DNA of 64,000 bases from Bordetella parapertussis (GCA_945861875.1 CAMAWC010000008.1:4766-68765), one strand, 5' to 3'; counted from the stretch's first letter, positions 1-9,484 are shown. Notes: generated from the letters alone by a model not told the origin. A program made the numbers and translations.

Positions 1-3000
1 GCGTGTTATTCGCAGTCGGATCGTCCGAGGTGGAATTGAACTTCACGCTGCGCAACACCGCCTCGTAGTTGGCCGGTGTGTCCGTTCCGATCAAGGTCAG
101 CACCCCGGTAACGGCGTTGTAGCTTCCGGTCACCGCACCAGCATTGGTCCAGGTGAGCGTATCGCCGGCGACAAATGAGCCCGCCGATATGGTGACGGTC
201 GCACCGCCGGTGAGCGTGGCGTTATCCACGTCCGCCACCGTTATCGTTCCGTCAATGACAGCTGCGGTCGCCTGCTCCGTGTAAGCCAGCGTTGCGCCGG
301 ACGTCACCGCAGGCGCGTCGTTCACCGCCGTGGTGACGATGGTCACGGTGTCAATGGCCGTCGAGAAAGCCGAGGTGCCGCCGACCACGCCCGGATTGAC
401 CTTGGTGCCGAATGTTCCGGTGGTCTGATCCCAGGCGCGATACGTCAGGGAGCCGGAACCGGCATCTATGGCGTCGGGCTTGAACCGGATGCGATCCGTG
501 TCGCGCAACAGCAGCGCCGAACTGGTTGAAACTCCGCCGACGGTTATCCAGTTGGTGCCGCCGTCGATGGAATATTCCCAGGTACCGCGGCTACCGCCGG
601 TCGCAACCACCGCGATGCCCTCCACCGGAGTCGCATCGACATCGGTTACCGAGGCACCCAGCATGGAAGCCACCGTTTGTCCGGTCGTCGCGATATTGTC
701 TTCCGTGATGGGAGTCATCACCGGATTCGCGGGGGTAAGCACCGGCGCATCGTTCACCGCCGTAACCGAGGTGCCGATGGTGTTGATCGCGGCGGCAATA
801 GGCGTCGCGCCGCCGTTGGTGGTCGATGTGACGTTTACACGAGAGGCCCCGCTGGTGAACGCTCCGGAATAGATATTGTCCATGGCGCGAATGGACAAGG
901 CCGGCGGTGTGCCGTTGTAATTGGCGACAGGTACAAAACGCAATTGCGTTGCTGCCGACAGGGCCAGCGCGGTGGCGCCGTCGGCCACCGTGCCGACAGC
1001 ATTCCAGCTGGCACCGTCTGTCGAGTATTGCCACACGCCTTGCGTGCCTGCGATTGCCGTATTGCCAACAATGGCAACACCGCTGAGGGTTCCGCCCGGG
1101 TCGCTGAACACGGGGCCGACGATCGCCGAAATCGACTGCCCCGCCGATGTCAGATCCTCCGTACCGGCGGGAACCAGAGTCGGGTTGGATGTGAGCGTGG
1201 GCGCGGTATTGGTCGCAACCACGGTAACGGAAAAGTTATTCGCCACCGGGTCAAGGTTGACGTTGCCGCCGCCGGTCGCACCGGTATCCTGCACCTGGAA
1301 GGTAAAAGCAGCGGTACCGGTACCGGTAGTGATGATTCGCAGCCTGTTGGCCGCAATATCCGCGGCCGTAACAGTCTGCCCCGCGGTAACCGCAGCCCAT
1401 GCCCCAGCGCCGGTCGTATCGCGCTGCAAGGTTCCCGCCGAACCCGGCACCGTGGTGAAGACGACGTTGGCCAATACATTGCCGTCCACGTCCGAGAAAC
1501 CGAAATCAGACGCCGGGATGATGTAGGTCGTTCCCGTGCCGACCAGGGTCATCGCCTTGTTCGCGCCGTCCGGCGCATCATTCAGGGCCGTGACTGCAAT
1601 GGTTGTGACCGCGGTGTTGCTGACAATATTGGTGATGTCGCGAACAACAACGTTGACGGTGCGCGATACCGTCGATGGATTCTGGCTGGTATTGCTGAAA
1701 AACACCTGCTGCAGGGCCGTCGAATACTCCGCACGCGTGCCAATGCCCGACAGGGTCAGCACATTGCCGCTGACGCTGGCCGTTATGCTCCCGGGCAGCG
1801 TGCCGGCGCTGAGCACATCGCCAGCCTGTGCATTGGCAATGGTGATGGTCGCGCCGGAAATGTTGTCCCCGGTCGGATCGGCGATCGCGGTGGTCGCCGA
1901 GGCAATCGCCACCGGAGTTCCTGTAGCCAGCCCCGCGCCCTCGGTGAAGGCGGTCGAATGATTGACCGTGTAGGTGTCAATGCGGACATTGTCGATGACC
2001 AGCGCCGCCGCAGCCGTGGCCTGGGTGACCTTGAAACGCAGTTGCGCGTTGTCAAAGGCGAAGTTGGAAATATCGTATTGCTTGCCAGTGGCCACCTTGA
2101 CGGCCGTGGTGCTGTCGAGCGTGCCGATGGTGGTCCAGTTGACGCCGTTGTCCTGCGACATCTGGATTTCGACCTTGCCCGCGGTCAGCGCCGTTGCATC
2201 GTAATCCAGGGTGAGCATGGTGCCGACGCGCGCCGGATTGGAACCGGCAAGAGCCAGCATGTCTATGGTGCGCGCCACCGACGCGGTCGGAGTCACGCTG
2301 GTGTCGCCAATGACCAGCTTGCCGCCGGCCGAGACGCTGATTTTTCCGGCAGTGGCGCTGGCGTCGTCACCCGCTTCTGTCCAGTTGGTCTTCCAGCCTA
2401 TGCTGCCGTCACTGCCGGTGTAGTTCTGCGGGCTGAAATCGTCGCTGGCAAAAAGGTTGGCTCCCAGCGCCAGCCGCGGACCGGCATCCTGGATGTTTAT
2501 CGTTACCGTGCCGGTGGCATAAGCCGGCGCGAGCACCCCCCCGACATAGTTCAGATTGGTCTTGAGGTTGCCGGTGTCGGCGCCCGAATACGAAACAATC
2601 AGGTCTTCCTGTCCACCGACCTCAAAGAAATCGACCACCAGCGTGTGTGTGCCGGCGCTGAGGAAAACCGGTGCGCCGGCTGTCTCCACATACGAGTGGG
2701 CACCGTCGTTGTTTACCACCGCGACACCATCAACGTAAAGTATCGCACCGTCATCAGAACCGGCGTACAGCGTGTAGTTGCCCGCCGTGGTTACGGTCAG
2801 TTGATTCGTGAACCGAACCGTAAAGTTATCCAGCCCGGTATTGCCGTAATTGATTGCGGCCTTGTCAACGTCGTAGCCGGTCGGAAGGTAACCATTGGCA
2901 ACCGGCTGACCAAGCGTCGTATAAATGGCGTTACCGGCGAGCGCAGCCAGGCCAGTGGTCGCCGTCCACCCCGGCGGAGTAACCGACCAATACTCATAGT

Positions 3001-5083
3001 TCGTGCCGCGCACCTGTGCCAGGCTGACCAGCTTGTACTGAAAACTGTCGGTTCCCGTCTGTCCGACAGTGGGCGTATAGGTGAATGACCCGTCGGAATT
3101 CATCACCGCCGTACCCTTGGTCGGGTTGGTGAGCAGGGTGGTGCTAACCGACAGCCCGGGGCTGTCGAGGTCGAAATCATTTGCCGCGGGATCGACGTTG
3201 GCAAGCACCGTACCGGTCAGCGTGCCTATGGTCGAGGTGGAATAGTTGTGCGCCACCGTCGTAACCGGGTCATCGACCGCGACGACACTGACAAAGGAAT
3301 TGACTGCGACGCTCTGCTCGGTGCCCGCATCGGTCACGCGGATGCTGATGGAGCGCAGTGTCTGGTCGGGCGTATCCGTGGAATTGCTGAAGCCGATAGC
3401 CTGCAGCGCCGTGGCGTAGGTCGCCGCAGAGGCCGTCCCCGACAGCGTCACCGTGTTGGGGACAGACAAATCAGCCGTGATCCCGACCGGCAACGAGCCG
3501 ACGATGCTCAGCACATCTCCAGCCTTCGAATTGGTCAGCGTGATCGTCGCGCTGGTCAACTGCTGCCCGGGATCGGCGTCCGTAATCAGCGCCGCCCCGC
3601 CGACAATCGGCGTCGCCACGCCGGCATTCTCGGTAAAGGTGCTGTAGTAATTACTGCCGGTGGCGGCGATATTTACGTTGTCAAAGTAGAACTGCTGTGT
3701 CGTCCCGGTGGCAAATCCGGATTTCACGCTCAGGCGGATGACCGTGTTGTCGGAAATGTAATTGGAGATATCGAAACTGACCGTCGTATTGGTCGTGACA
3801 TTGGCCAGCGTGCTGATCGAGAAAAAATTCGCCCCGGCATTTTGCGAAACCTCAACCTGGATTTTGTCGCCGGCGGCGAGACCCGCGGTGCGATAGTCGA
3901 ACGACAGGATGGCCGAGGTATAGGCCTGCAGGTTGACCGCCCGGCTGATGTTGTCGAGGAATTGCGCCCCGTGACCAAGGAAAACCATTTCCTGTTGGCC
4001 GCCCAAAGCACCGACGACGCTGGCCTCGACGATGTTGCCCGAAGCCGGGCTGTTGTCGCTGTTGCTGCCGCCCACGTTGTAGGCGCGCGTCGGTGAAGCA
4101 TCGAACTCAACCCAGCCCGAGAGCCAGTTGGAGCCGCCGGCGTAAGTCTGTGACGAGAAATTATCTGAAATATTGAAGGTGCCGGGACCATTCAGGTCGA
4201 CTACCGGAGCTGCGAGCAGCGAGTTGAATGCCTCGAGGCCGACCCGGTCGGCAAACAGCCGTGTGGTGACCTGGCCCTGGTTGACCTCCAGCACCCAGTT
4301 TCCGCCCAGCGGGCCGGCACCGGTCGGGTCATTGGATGCGGCGACATCGGCACCGGTCAGGGACGATAGTTGCGCGAGCAGTGCCGTGCCTTGGGAACCT
4401 TCACCGGCGTCGCAACCGTAAATCAGGAAATCCGCGCCCGGCGAAAGGCTGGCTCGCCAACCGGCAACCTCCACGCTGTGTCCCGCAAGGGACTGCAGCG
4501 ACAAGGCGCCATCGCCCAAGGTAACGCTGCCGGGCACGCCGTGACTGACCAGGTGAATCGCCGCGATGTCGGTGCGCCCCGCGAGGGTTTCGGTGATTTG
4601 CGAGAAACCGTCGCGGGTCGGATCGATAATAATGACCTCAACGCCCGGGCGCGCGGCGTTGATCAGCTGTTGCATGCCGCGGATGCCGCCCTCGATGAAC
4701 AGCAGTTCCGCAGGGGCCGGCGCAATGGCGGCGGCCGGGTCGACCGAGGCCGCAAGCTGGGCGGCCGGGTCGGTAGCGTTGGCATCGCGCAGCGCCTGGG
4801 CGTCGGCGGCGGCTTTTTCAGTCACCGCACGGTCGCCGGCAGCCGGTCGGCTCCAGTCGGCCGGCGCGCTTAAGGGGTCTTTGCTGGCATCGCTTGCCGC
4901 GGCATCAGGGTTGGTGGCGGCCAGGGTTTTGTCGACGATATCGACCGCCAGCGCGCCGTCGAAAACGACGCGCGGCTCAAGCGCCAAAAAGCGCGTCTTC
5001 AGGCGCTTGGTTGGCGCCTTGCGTCGCACTTTTTTTGACGACTTTCCGACACTCGTGGTTGTCGGTTTGTCTTTATCTGCCAT
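1..5083 (-). CDS. Giant secreted adhesin-like repeat protein, N-terminal 1694 codons (C-terminus lies beyond the left window edge)
   Basis: My translation of the minus strand from ATG 5083-5081 stays open to position 1. The ORF is missing from the track because it has no stop in the window, and every listed minus-strand ORF here is in another frame. N-terminus is MADKDKPTTTSVGKSSKKVRRKAPTKRLKTRFLALEPRVVFDGA. A DUF4347-type head follows at about 4230-4710 (ELLFIEGGIRGMQQLINAARPGVEVIIIDPTRDGFSQITETLAGRTDIAAIHLVSHGVPGSVTLG). A PA14-like segment lies at about 2540-3010 (GNYTLYAGSDDGAILYVDGVAVVNNDGAHSYVE...FFEVGGQEDLIVSYSG). Repeated ~100-aa modules bounded by AVNDAP/ALNDAP carry W.YS.DGG..W motifs, as in cadherin-like T1SS adhesins. 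Confidence 0.85.
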   Translation of the reverse strand, partial: MADKDKPTTTSVGKSSKKVRRKAPTKRLKTRFLALEPRVVFDGALAVDIVDKTLAATNPDAAASDASKDPLSAPADWSRPAAGDRAVTEKAAADAQALRDANATDPAAQLAASVDPAAAIAPAPAELLFIEGGIRGMQQLINAARPGVEVIIIDPTRDGFSQITETLAGRTDIAAIHLVSHGVPGSVTLGDGALSLQSLAGHSVEVAGWRASLSPGADFLIYGCDAGEGSQGTALLAQLSSLTGADVAASNDPTGAGPLGGNWVLEVNQGQVTTRLFADRVGLEAFNSLLAAPVVDLNGPGTFNISDNFSSQTYAGGSNWLSGWVEFDASPTRAYNVGGSNSDNSPASGNIVEASVVGALGGQQEMVFLGHGAQFLDNISRAVNLQAYTSAILSFDYRTAGLAAGDKIQVEVSQNAGANFFSISTLANVTTNTTVSFDISNYISDNTVIRLSVKSGFATGTTQQFYFDNVNIAATGSNYYSTFTENAGVATPIVGGAALITDADPGQQLTSATITLTNSKAGDVLSIVGSLPVGITADLSVPNTVTLSGTASAATYATALQAIGFSNSTDTPDQTLRSISIRVTDAGTEQSVAVNSFVSVVAVDDPVTTVAHNYSTSTIGTLTGTVLANVDPAANDFDLDSPGLSVSTTLLTNPTKGTAVMNSDGSFTYTPTVGQTGTDSFQYKLVSLAQVRGTNYEYWSVTPPGWTATTGLAALAGNAIYTTLGQPVANGYLPTGYDVDKAAINYGNTGLDNFTVRFTNQLTVTTAGNYTLYAGSDDGAILYVDGVAVVNNDGAHSYVETAGAPVFLSAGTHTLVVDFFEVGGQEDLIVSYSGADTGNLKTNLNYVGGVLAPAYATGTVTINIQDAGPRLALGANLFASDDFSPQNYTGSDGSIGWKTNWTEAGDDASATAGKISVSAGGKLVIGDTSVTPTASVARTIDMLALAGSNPARVGTMLTLDYDATALTAGKVEIQMSQDNGVNWTTIGTLDSTTAVKVATGKQYDISNFAFDNAQLRFKVTQATAAAALVIDNVRIDTYTVNHSTAFTEGAGLATGTPVAIASATTAIADPTGDNISGATITIANAQAGDVLSAGTLPGSITASVSGNVLTLSGIGTRAEYSTALQQVFFSNTSQNPSTVSRTVNVVVRDITNIVSNTAVTTIAVTALNDAPDGANKAMTLVGTGTTYIIPASDFGFSDVDGNVLANVVFTTVPGSAGTLQRDTTGAGAWAAVTAGQTVTAADIAANRLRIITTGTGTAAFTFQVQDTGATGGGNVNLDPVANNFSVTVVATNTAPTLTSNPTLVPAGTEDLTSAGQSISAIVGPVFSDPGGTLSGVAIVGNTAIAGTQGVWQYSTDGASWNAVGTVADGATALALSAATQLRFVPVANYNGTPPALSIRAMDNIYSGAFTSGASRVNVTSTTNGGATPIAAAINTIGTSVTAVNDAPVLTPANPVMTPITEDNIATTGQTVASMLGASVTDVDATPVEGIAVVATGGSRGTWEYSIDGGTNWITVGGVSTSSALLLRDTDRIRFKPDAIDAGSGSLTYRAWDQTTGTFGTKVNPGVVGGTSAFSTAIDTVTIVTTAVNDAPAVTSGATLAYTEQATAAVIDGTITVADVDNATLTGGATVTISAGSFVAGDTLTWTNAGAVTGSYNAVTGVLTLIGTDTPANYEAVLRSVKFNSTSDDPTANNT

Positions 5084-5333
5084 TTCAACCCGTTAGTAAG
5101 TTTGTGCTACCCGAAATTATTTAATCTTTTCAGGTAGTTGGAATAACCCGTCGGTTATGAGTTCGCCTCTAACTGCCTATATAGCAATAGATGTGCCTGA
5201 ACTCTAATTTTACAACCTGCTAATCACTTCAAGCCGTGAAAAAGTACCGCTTGGTTAGCCGAGAAACCACACTTACCTTACCGCGCCGATGCACGCCTCC
5301 GACCGGCTTAACACCCTACCCTGAACCTATCGG

Positions 5334-7493
5334 CTAAAAACCACCCTCCCTGATAAAGATGGACACCGCGCGGAACAAAAAGTTCTGCGTAACCAGGGTC
5401 AGGTCGGTTTTGACACGCACCGTGCCGCGCACCATGAAATCGTCCGGATTGAAGGTCGTTTCGGGCCGTATGACCACGCGGTAAATGGCATTTTGCGCCG
5501 TCACCCCGGTGCGTTTATCCAGCACCGCCGGAATGCCCCCGCCATACGGTCCGGCCAGCAGCGTGCGCGTCACCTGCTTGTTGGCGGTGGTGTCAATGGA
5601 TATGACTTTGCCGGTAATCGCGGCCATACCCGCCACCTCGGGTATGAACTTGACCAACTGCCCCACCTCGACCGACTCGATTTGTGCGTCAGTGACAAAG
5701 GCCTCGACACTGGCCGCCCCGGGGGACACGATACGCATCATCAATTCACGCGAGCCTATCCAGCGGCCGGGCACAAGATCGGCGCGCAGGTCGCGCACCA
5801 GACCGGGTCCGGAAGCACGCACCACCAGCCGGCCTTTTTCCTCGACCACGGCTTGCAGTTCGGTTTCCGCCTCGGCCACCTGTCCGTCAAGGACCATCAG
5901 CCGCTCCTGTTGCGCGCGCGTGGCCGCCGCGCGCAGGTACTCGGCGCGGGCGGTGGCAAGGGACAGGTACGCGTTGCGTTCGCGCAAGACCAGTTCGGCC
6001 GAACTCATCCGTACCAGGGTTTGGCCCGCCTCCACGCGCTGCCCTGCGACCACCTCCACCGACAAAATTTGCCCTGAAGTGGGCACGAACACGGTTTGTT
6101 CGCGCTCGGCAATTAACACCGCCGGCGCGGTGACTTCATTGGCAACCGGCACCAGCCACACCAGCAGCAGCAGACTTGCGGCGAAAGTGGCTATCGCCCC
6201 CTTGTTGAAGTGCGTGAGTTGTCTGCGCGCCCACAAATACTTTGCCTCATTCACCACCGGCCTGATGATGAAAAAACCGAATTCAAGCACCATCAGCACT
6301 ATGCCGAGGAGCTTGAAAAAGGCGTGATACACCAACAGCGCTATACCAATGTAGACAACCAGCCGGTAGGCCCAGACGAATAGTGCAAACGTAACCATGG
6401 CACGGCGCTGGTTGTTGCTGAAGGTCGGTTCGGGCAGCGGCTCGCGCAGGCCGAAAAACTGGCGCCGCATCCACCAGCGCGCCACGGCAAAGCTGCGGTC
6501 GTGCAGGTTGGGAAAATCGAGAAAATCCGACAGTACGAAGTAACCGTCAAAGCGCATGAACGGGCTGGCGTTCACCGCCAGCGTCATCACCCAGGTGGTG
6601 GTGGCGAGAATGAAGAAAATGCTCTTCATCGCGCCCTCCGGGGTGATCACCCAGAGGAGCGTGGCAAAACAGGCCAGCGCCAATTCGGCCAGCACACCGG
6701 CCGAGGCGATGGCGATTTGTTTTTTCCGGTCGGCGAGCTTCCAGGTTTCGCTGGTGTCGGTATACAGGAAGGGCCACATCACGAGGAAAGCAAGTCCCAT
6801 TGCCGGTACGCGCACGCCGTAGCGTTTTGCCGTATAGGCGTGGGCGAATTCGTGTATCACCTTGGAGAACGACCCGGCGAGGAGGAAGTACAGGCCGCCC
6901 TGCAGGTTGAAAAAGAAGGTGAAGGTGCGCGTCAATTCGTCCCATTCGCGCGACACCAGGTAGATGTCGGCGCAAAAAACACCCAGCACAATAAACGCAA
7001 AGATGCGCGTATAGAACAATTCGGCGATCGGCAGCGTTCTTTCCAGGAACGCGTCGGGCCTTATCAACGGGATGCGGAAAAACAGGTAGTTGTGGAACAG
7101 CTGCTCGTACCAGGGGCGCTTGGCCGCCATCCAGCGCCGGCGCAACTCACCCAGCGCTTCCGCATCGCCGGGGACAATCAACTGGTTGTTGACGAGGAAA
7201 GAAATGAATCCGCCCACCTCCTCTTCGGTCGGGGAGATCGGCGTCTCGTCGATCACCGCATCGATCAGTTCCTCAACCGAGGGATGATCGGCCCAGCGTG
7301 CAAGCAACTCGAATTCGAGCAGGCCGATTTCGTAAAAGCGGTTGCGCACCGGATCGAGAATGCGCCAACTGGGCGACCCATCGCGGTGATGGGGCCCCGG
7401 ATGCAGCTTCAAGTCCTGACGAAGCTTGGGCAGCTTGACCGGCTTGGCTTTTTCTTCTGGTTTTGCAGAAACCACAAACACCTCCGCGACCAT
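5334..7493 (-). CDS. Fusion protein: PqqD-like N-terminal domain + peptidase M50 (site-2 protease) membrane core + HlyD/MFP-type periplasmic adaptor
   Basis: 719-aa ORF. S2P motifs HEFAH and NASPFMRFDG sit in a polytopic hydrophobic core. The C-terminal half has a lipoyl-like/coiled-coil/beta-barrel pattern (VFVPTSGQILSVEVVAGQRVEAGQTLVRM...GQLVKFIPE...GKVISID). N-terminal residues ~40-105 resemble a PqqD-type winged helix. Co-directional with the adhesin gene 250 bp downstream. Confidence 0.85.
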   Translation of the reverse strand: MVAEVFVVSAKPEEKAKPVKLPKLRQDLKLHPGPHHRDGSPSWRILDPVRNRFYEIGLLEFELLARWADHPSVEELIDAVIDETPISPTEEEVGGFISFLVNNQLIVPGDAEALGELRRRWMAAKRPWYEQLFHNYLFFRIPLIRPDAFLERTLPIAELFYTRIFAFIVLGVFCADIYLVSREWDELTRTFTFFFNLQGGLYFLLAGSFSKVIHEFAHAYTAKRYGVRVPAMGLAFLVMWPFLYTDTSETWKLADRKKQIAIASAGVLAELALACFATLLWVITPEGAMKSIFFILATTTWVMTLAVNASPFMRFDGYFVLSDFLDFPNLHDRSFAVARWWMRRQFFGLREPLPEPTFSNNQRRAMVTFALFVWAYRLVVYIGIALLVYHAFFKLLGIVLMVLEFGFFIIRPVVNEAKYLWARRQLTHFNKGAIATFAASLLLLVWLVPVANEVTAPAVLIAEREQTVFVPTSGQILSVEVVAGQRVEAGQTLVRMSSAELVLRERNAYLSLATARAEYLRAAATRAQQERLMVLDGQVAEAETELQAVVEEKGRLVVRASGPGLVRDLRADLVPGRWIGSRELMMRIVSPGAASVEAFVTDAQIESVEVGQLVKFIPEVAGMAAITGKVISIDTTANKQVTRTLLAGPYGGGIPAVLDKRTGVTAQNAIYRVVIRPETTFNPDDFMVRGTVRVKTDLTLVTQNFLFRAVSIFIREGGF

Positions 7494-7708
7494 TCGCCCG
7501 ATCGCGGTTCGCGTACGAATAGGGATGATCTATCTACGCTGCTGATTTTGCACTTTTTTCCGGGAAATTACCAGAAGATTACGGGAGGAATAGGGCAAAA
7601 CAAACACAAATACACAAGGCCGAATTTATTCCGTGCCTGGCAAAAAAAATATCACCAAAACCCGTTCGTGAGAGCCCGCCCCGGGATAGTAGGTCGTACC
7701 TCTAAAGC

Positions 7709-8476
7709 CTACTTTGCCGCGCGCTGTGTCGCGGCCAGGCCTTCGAGCGCCAGACCGTAGCCGAGCAGCTCGCTCATGCGCTTTTTGAGATCCTGCGTGA
7801 GCAGCACACGCGCATAGCGGCGCAGCAGCGGCGGGCGCTGCATCATCATGCGGGCATGTTCCCAGGCGCGCGCGAGCAGCTGCTCGCGCGGCAGCACCTC
7901 GTTCACCAAGCCGACATCCTTCGCTTCCTTCGATGACAGCACCTGTCCGGTGAGCAGGAAATAACGCCCGCGGTTGGCACCCATCAATAGCGGGAACACC
8001 ACGTGCACGCCATCGCCGGGCACCAGTCCACCGTTGAAATGCGCCGAATCCTGGAAAGTGGCCTCTTCGGCCGCCAGCACGATGTCGCACAACAAGGGGA
8101 TCTCGGCGTGACGCAATGCCGGCCCGTTGATGGCGGCAATCATCGGCACCTCGATGTTGAGCAGATTGCCCAGCAGGTGCTTGCCCTCCCAGTAGATCGC
8201 ATCCCACTGCTCGGCGCTCACCGGATCCTTGGCGTGGTTGTGTCCGCCGTGGGCGAGCTGCGGACCGCTGAAGGCATCGCCGGTGCCGGTGAGGATGATC
8301 ACGCCGTTTTCGCGGTCGCGGCCCACATCGAGAAACGCCTGTTCGAGCTGGCCATGCGGAATCAGGCTCCAGACCAGCGGCTTGCCGTCGGTGTGGACCT
8401 GCATTTCCAGGATGCCCTCCTCACGGCGCATCCGGATCATGCTGTATTTGTTGCGATACTCGTTGAACGACGACAT
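7709..8476 (-). CDS. Enoyl-CoA hydratase/isomerase (crotonase) family protein
   Basis: ORF 7709-8482. ATG at 8476 follows an AAGGGA RBS, while the track start at 8482 is TTG. Crotonase-like pattern VIILTGTGDAFSG...MIAAINGPA...EAKDVGLVNEVLP. Confidence 0.85.
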   Translation of the reverse strand: MSSFNEYRNKYSMIRMRREEGILEMQVHTDGKPLVWSLIPHGQLEQAFLDVGRDRENGVIILTGTGDAFSGPQLAHGGHNHAKDPVSAEQWDAIYWEGKHLLGNLLNIEVPMIAAINGPALRHAEIPLLCDIVLAAEEATFQDSAHFNGGLVPGDGVHVVFPLLMGANRGRYFLLTGQVLSSKEAKDVGLVNEVLPREQLLARAWEHARMMMQRPPLLRRYARVLLTQDLKKRMSELLGYGLALEGLAATQRAAK

Positions 8477-8486
8477 CGGCAATCCC

Positions 8487-9455
8487 TTATTCTATTTTTG
8501 CGCCCGAATCGCGCACCAGCTGACCCCAGCGCGCTTCCTCTTCCTTTAGCAACGCGGCAAACTCGGCGCGCGACATCCCGCCGGGCTCCAGCGACTGCGC
8601 AGTGATGAACTTGGCGCGATAGCCCGGGTCGGCCAGTATCTTCACCACATCGGCGTGGATTTTTGTCAGTACCGGCTCGGGCGTGCCGGCGGTTGCGGCC
8701 AGGCCGAACCACACGCTGGCCGAATAGCCGGGCACGCCGGCTTCGGCAACGGTGGGCAGGTCCGGGCGCAAGGACAGGCGCTTTTCGGTGGTCGTGGCCA
8801 GCACCTTGAGCTTGCCGGCCTTCTCGTGCTGCTCGAACACACTCAAGGTCACGATCAGCATCGACAACTGCCCGCTCAGTATGTCGGTAACCGCCGCGGC
8901 CGAACCCTTGTACGGCACGTGCAGGATGTCCACCCCGGCCATGCGCTTGAACTGCTCGGTGATCACATGCGGGTAGGAACCGCTGCCAAAGGACGCGTAG
9001 CTCAGCTTGCCCGGGTTGGCCTTGGCGTAGGCGAGCAGCTCGCGCAAGTTGCTCGCCGGCACCGCGTTGGACAGCGCCAGCACCGGCGCGAGCTTCACCA
9101 CCACCGTGATCGGCGCGAGATCGGTCAGCGGCTTGTAGGTCATATTGGAATACAGGTGCTGATTAATGACGAAGGCCGCGCTGTCGGAGAACAGCATGGT
9201 GTAGCCGTCGGGCGCGGCCTTGGCCACGGCGTTTGCGCCTATCATGGTCGAGCCGCCGGGGCGGTTCTCCACCACCACTTGCTGGCCCCAGACTTCCGAG
9301 AGCTGGTGTGCCAGGCCGCGCGCCACCGCGTCGGTGCCGCCGCCTGCGGTGTACGGAACGATGATGCGCACAGGCTTGGTCGGCCAGCTTTGCGCCATGG
9401 CTGTTGCGCAGGTGAGCGCGATGCACAAGCCCAACAGGGCGGAGATGCGTTTCAT
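8487..9455 (-). CDS. Bug-family (TctC-like) tripartite tricarboxylate transporter periplasmic substrate-binding protein
   Basis: Internal start MKRISALLGLCIALTCATAMAQSWPTKPVRIIVPYTAGGGTD (signal peptide plus the Bug N-terminal signature), preceded by an AAAGGAGG RBS. The longer track ORF to 9743 is an Arg-rich artefact. Confidence 0.9.
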   Translation of the reverse strand: MKRISALLGLCIALTCATAMAQSWPTKPVRIIVPYTAGGGTDAVARGLAHQLSEVWGQQVVVENRPGGSTMIGANAVAKAAPDGYTMLFSDSAAFVINQHLYSNMTYKPLTDLAPITVVVKLAPVLALSNAVPASNLRELLAYAKANPGKLSYASFGSGSYPHVITEQFKRMAGVDILHVPYKGSAAAVTDILSGQLSMLIVTLSVFEQHEKAGKLKVLATTTEKRLSLRPDLPTVAEAGVPGYSASVWFGLAATAGTPEPVLTKIHADVVKILADPGYRAKFITAQSLEPGGMSRAEFAALLKEEEARWGQLVRDSGAKIE

Positions 9456-9484
9456 GTTGCCTCCTTTATTTTTGTATCGCGACC

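Noticed and set aside
677-3088. 803-aa plus-strand ORF, with many smaller ORFs in both orientations across 468-5124
   Set aside because: The translations are Arg/Gly-rich, low-complexity text typical of off-frame or antisense reading of GC-rich DNA. The minus-strand frame starting at 5083 gives a continuous, domain-bearing protein that explains the region.
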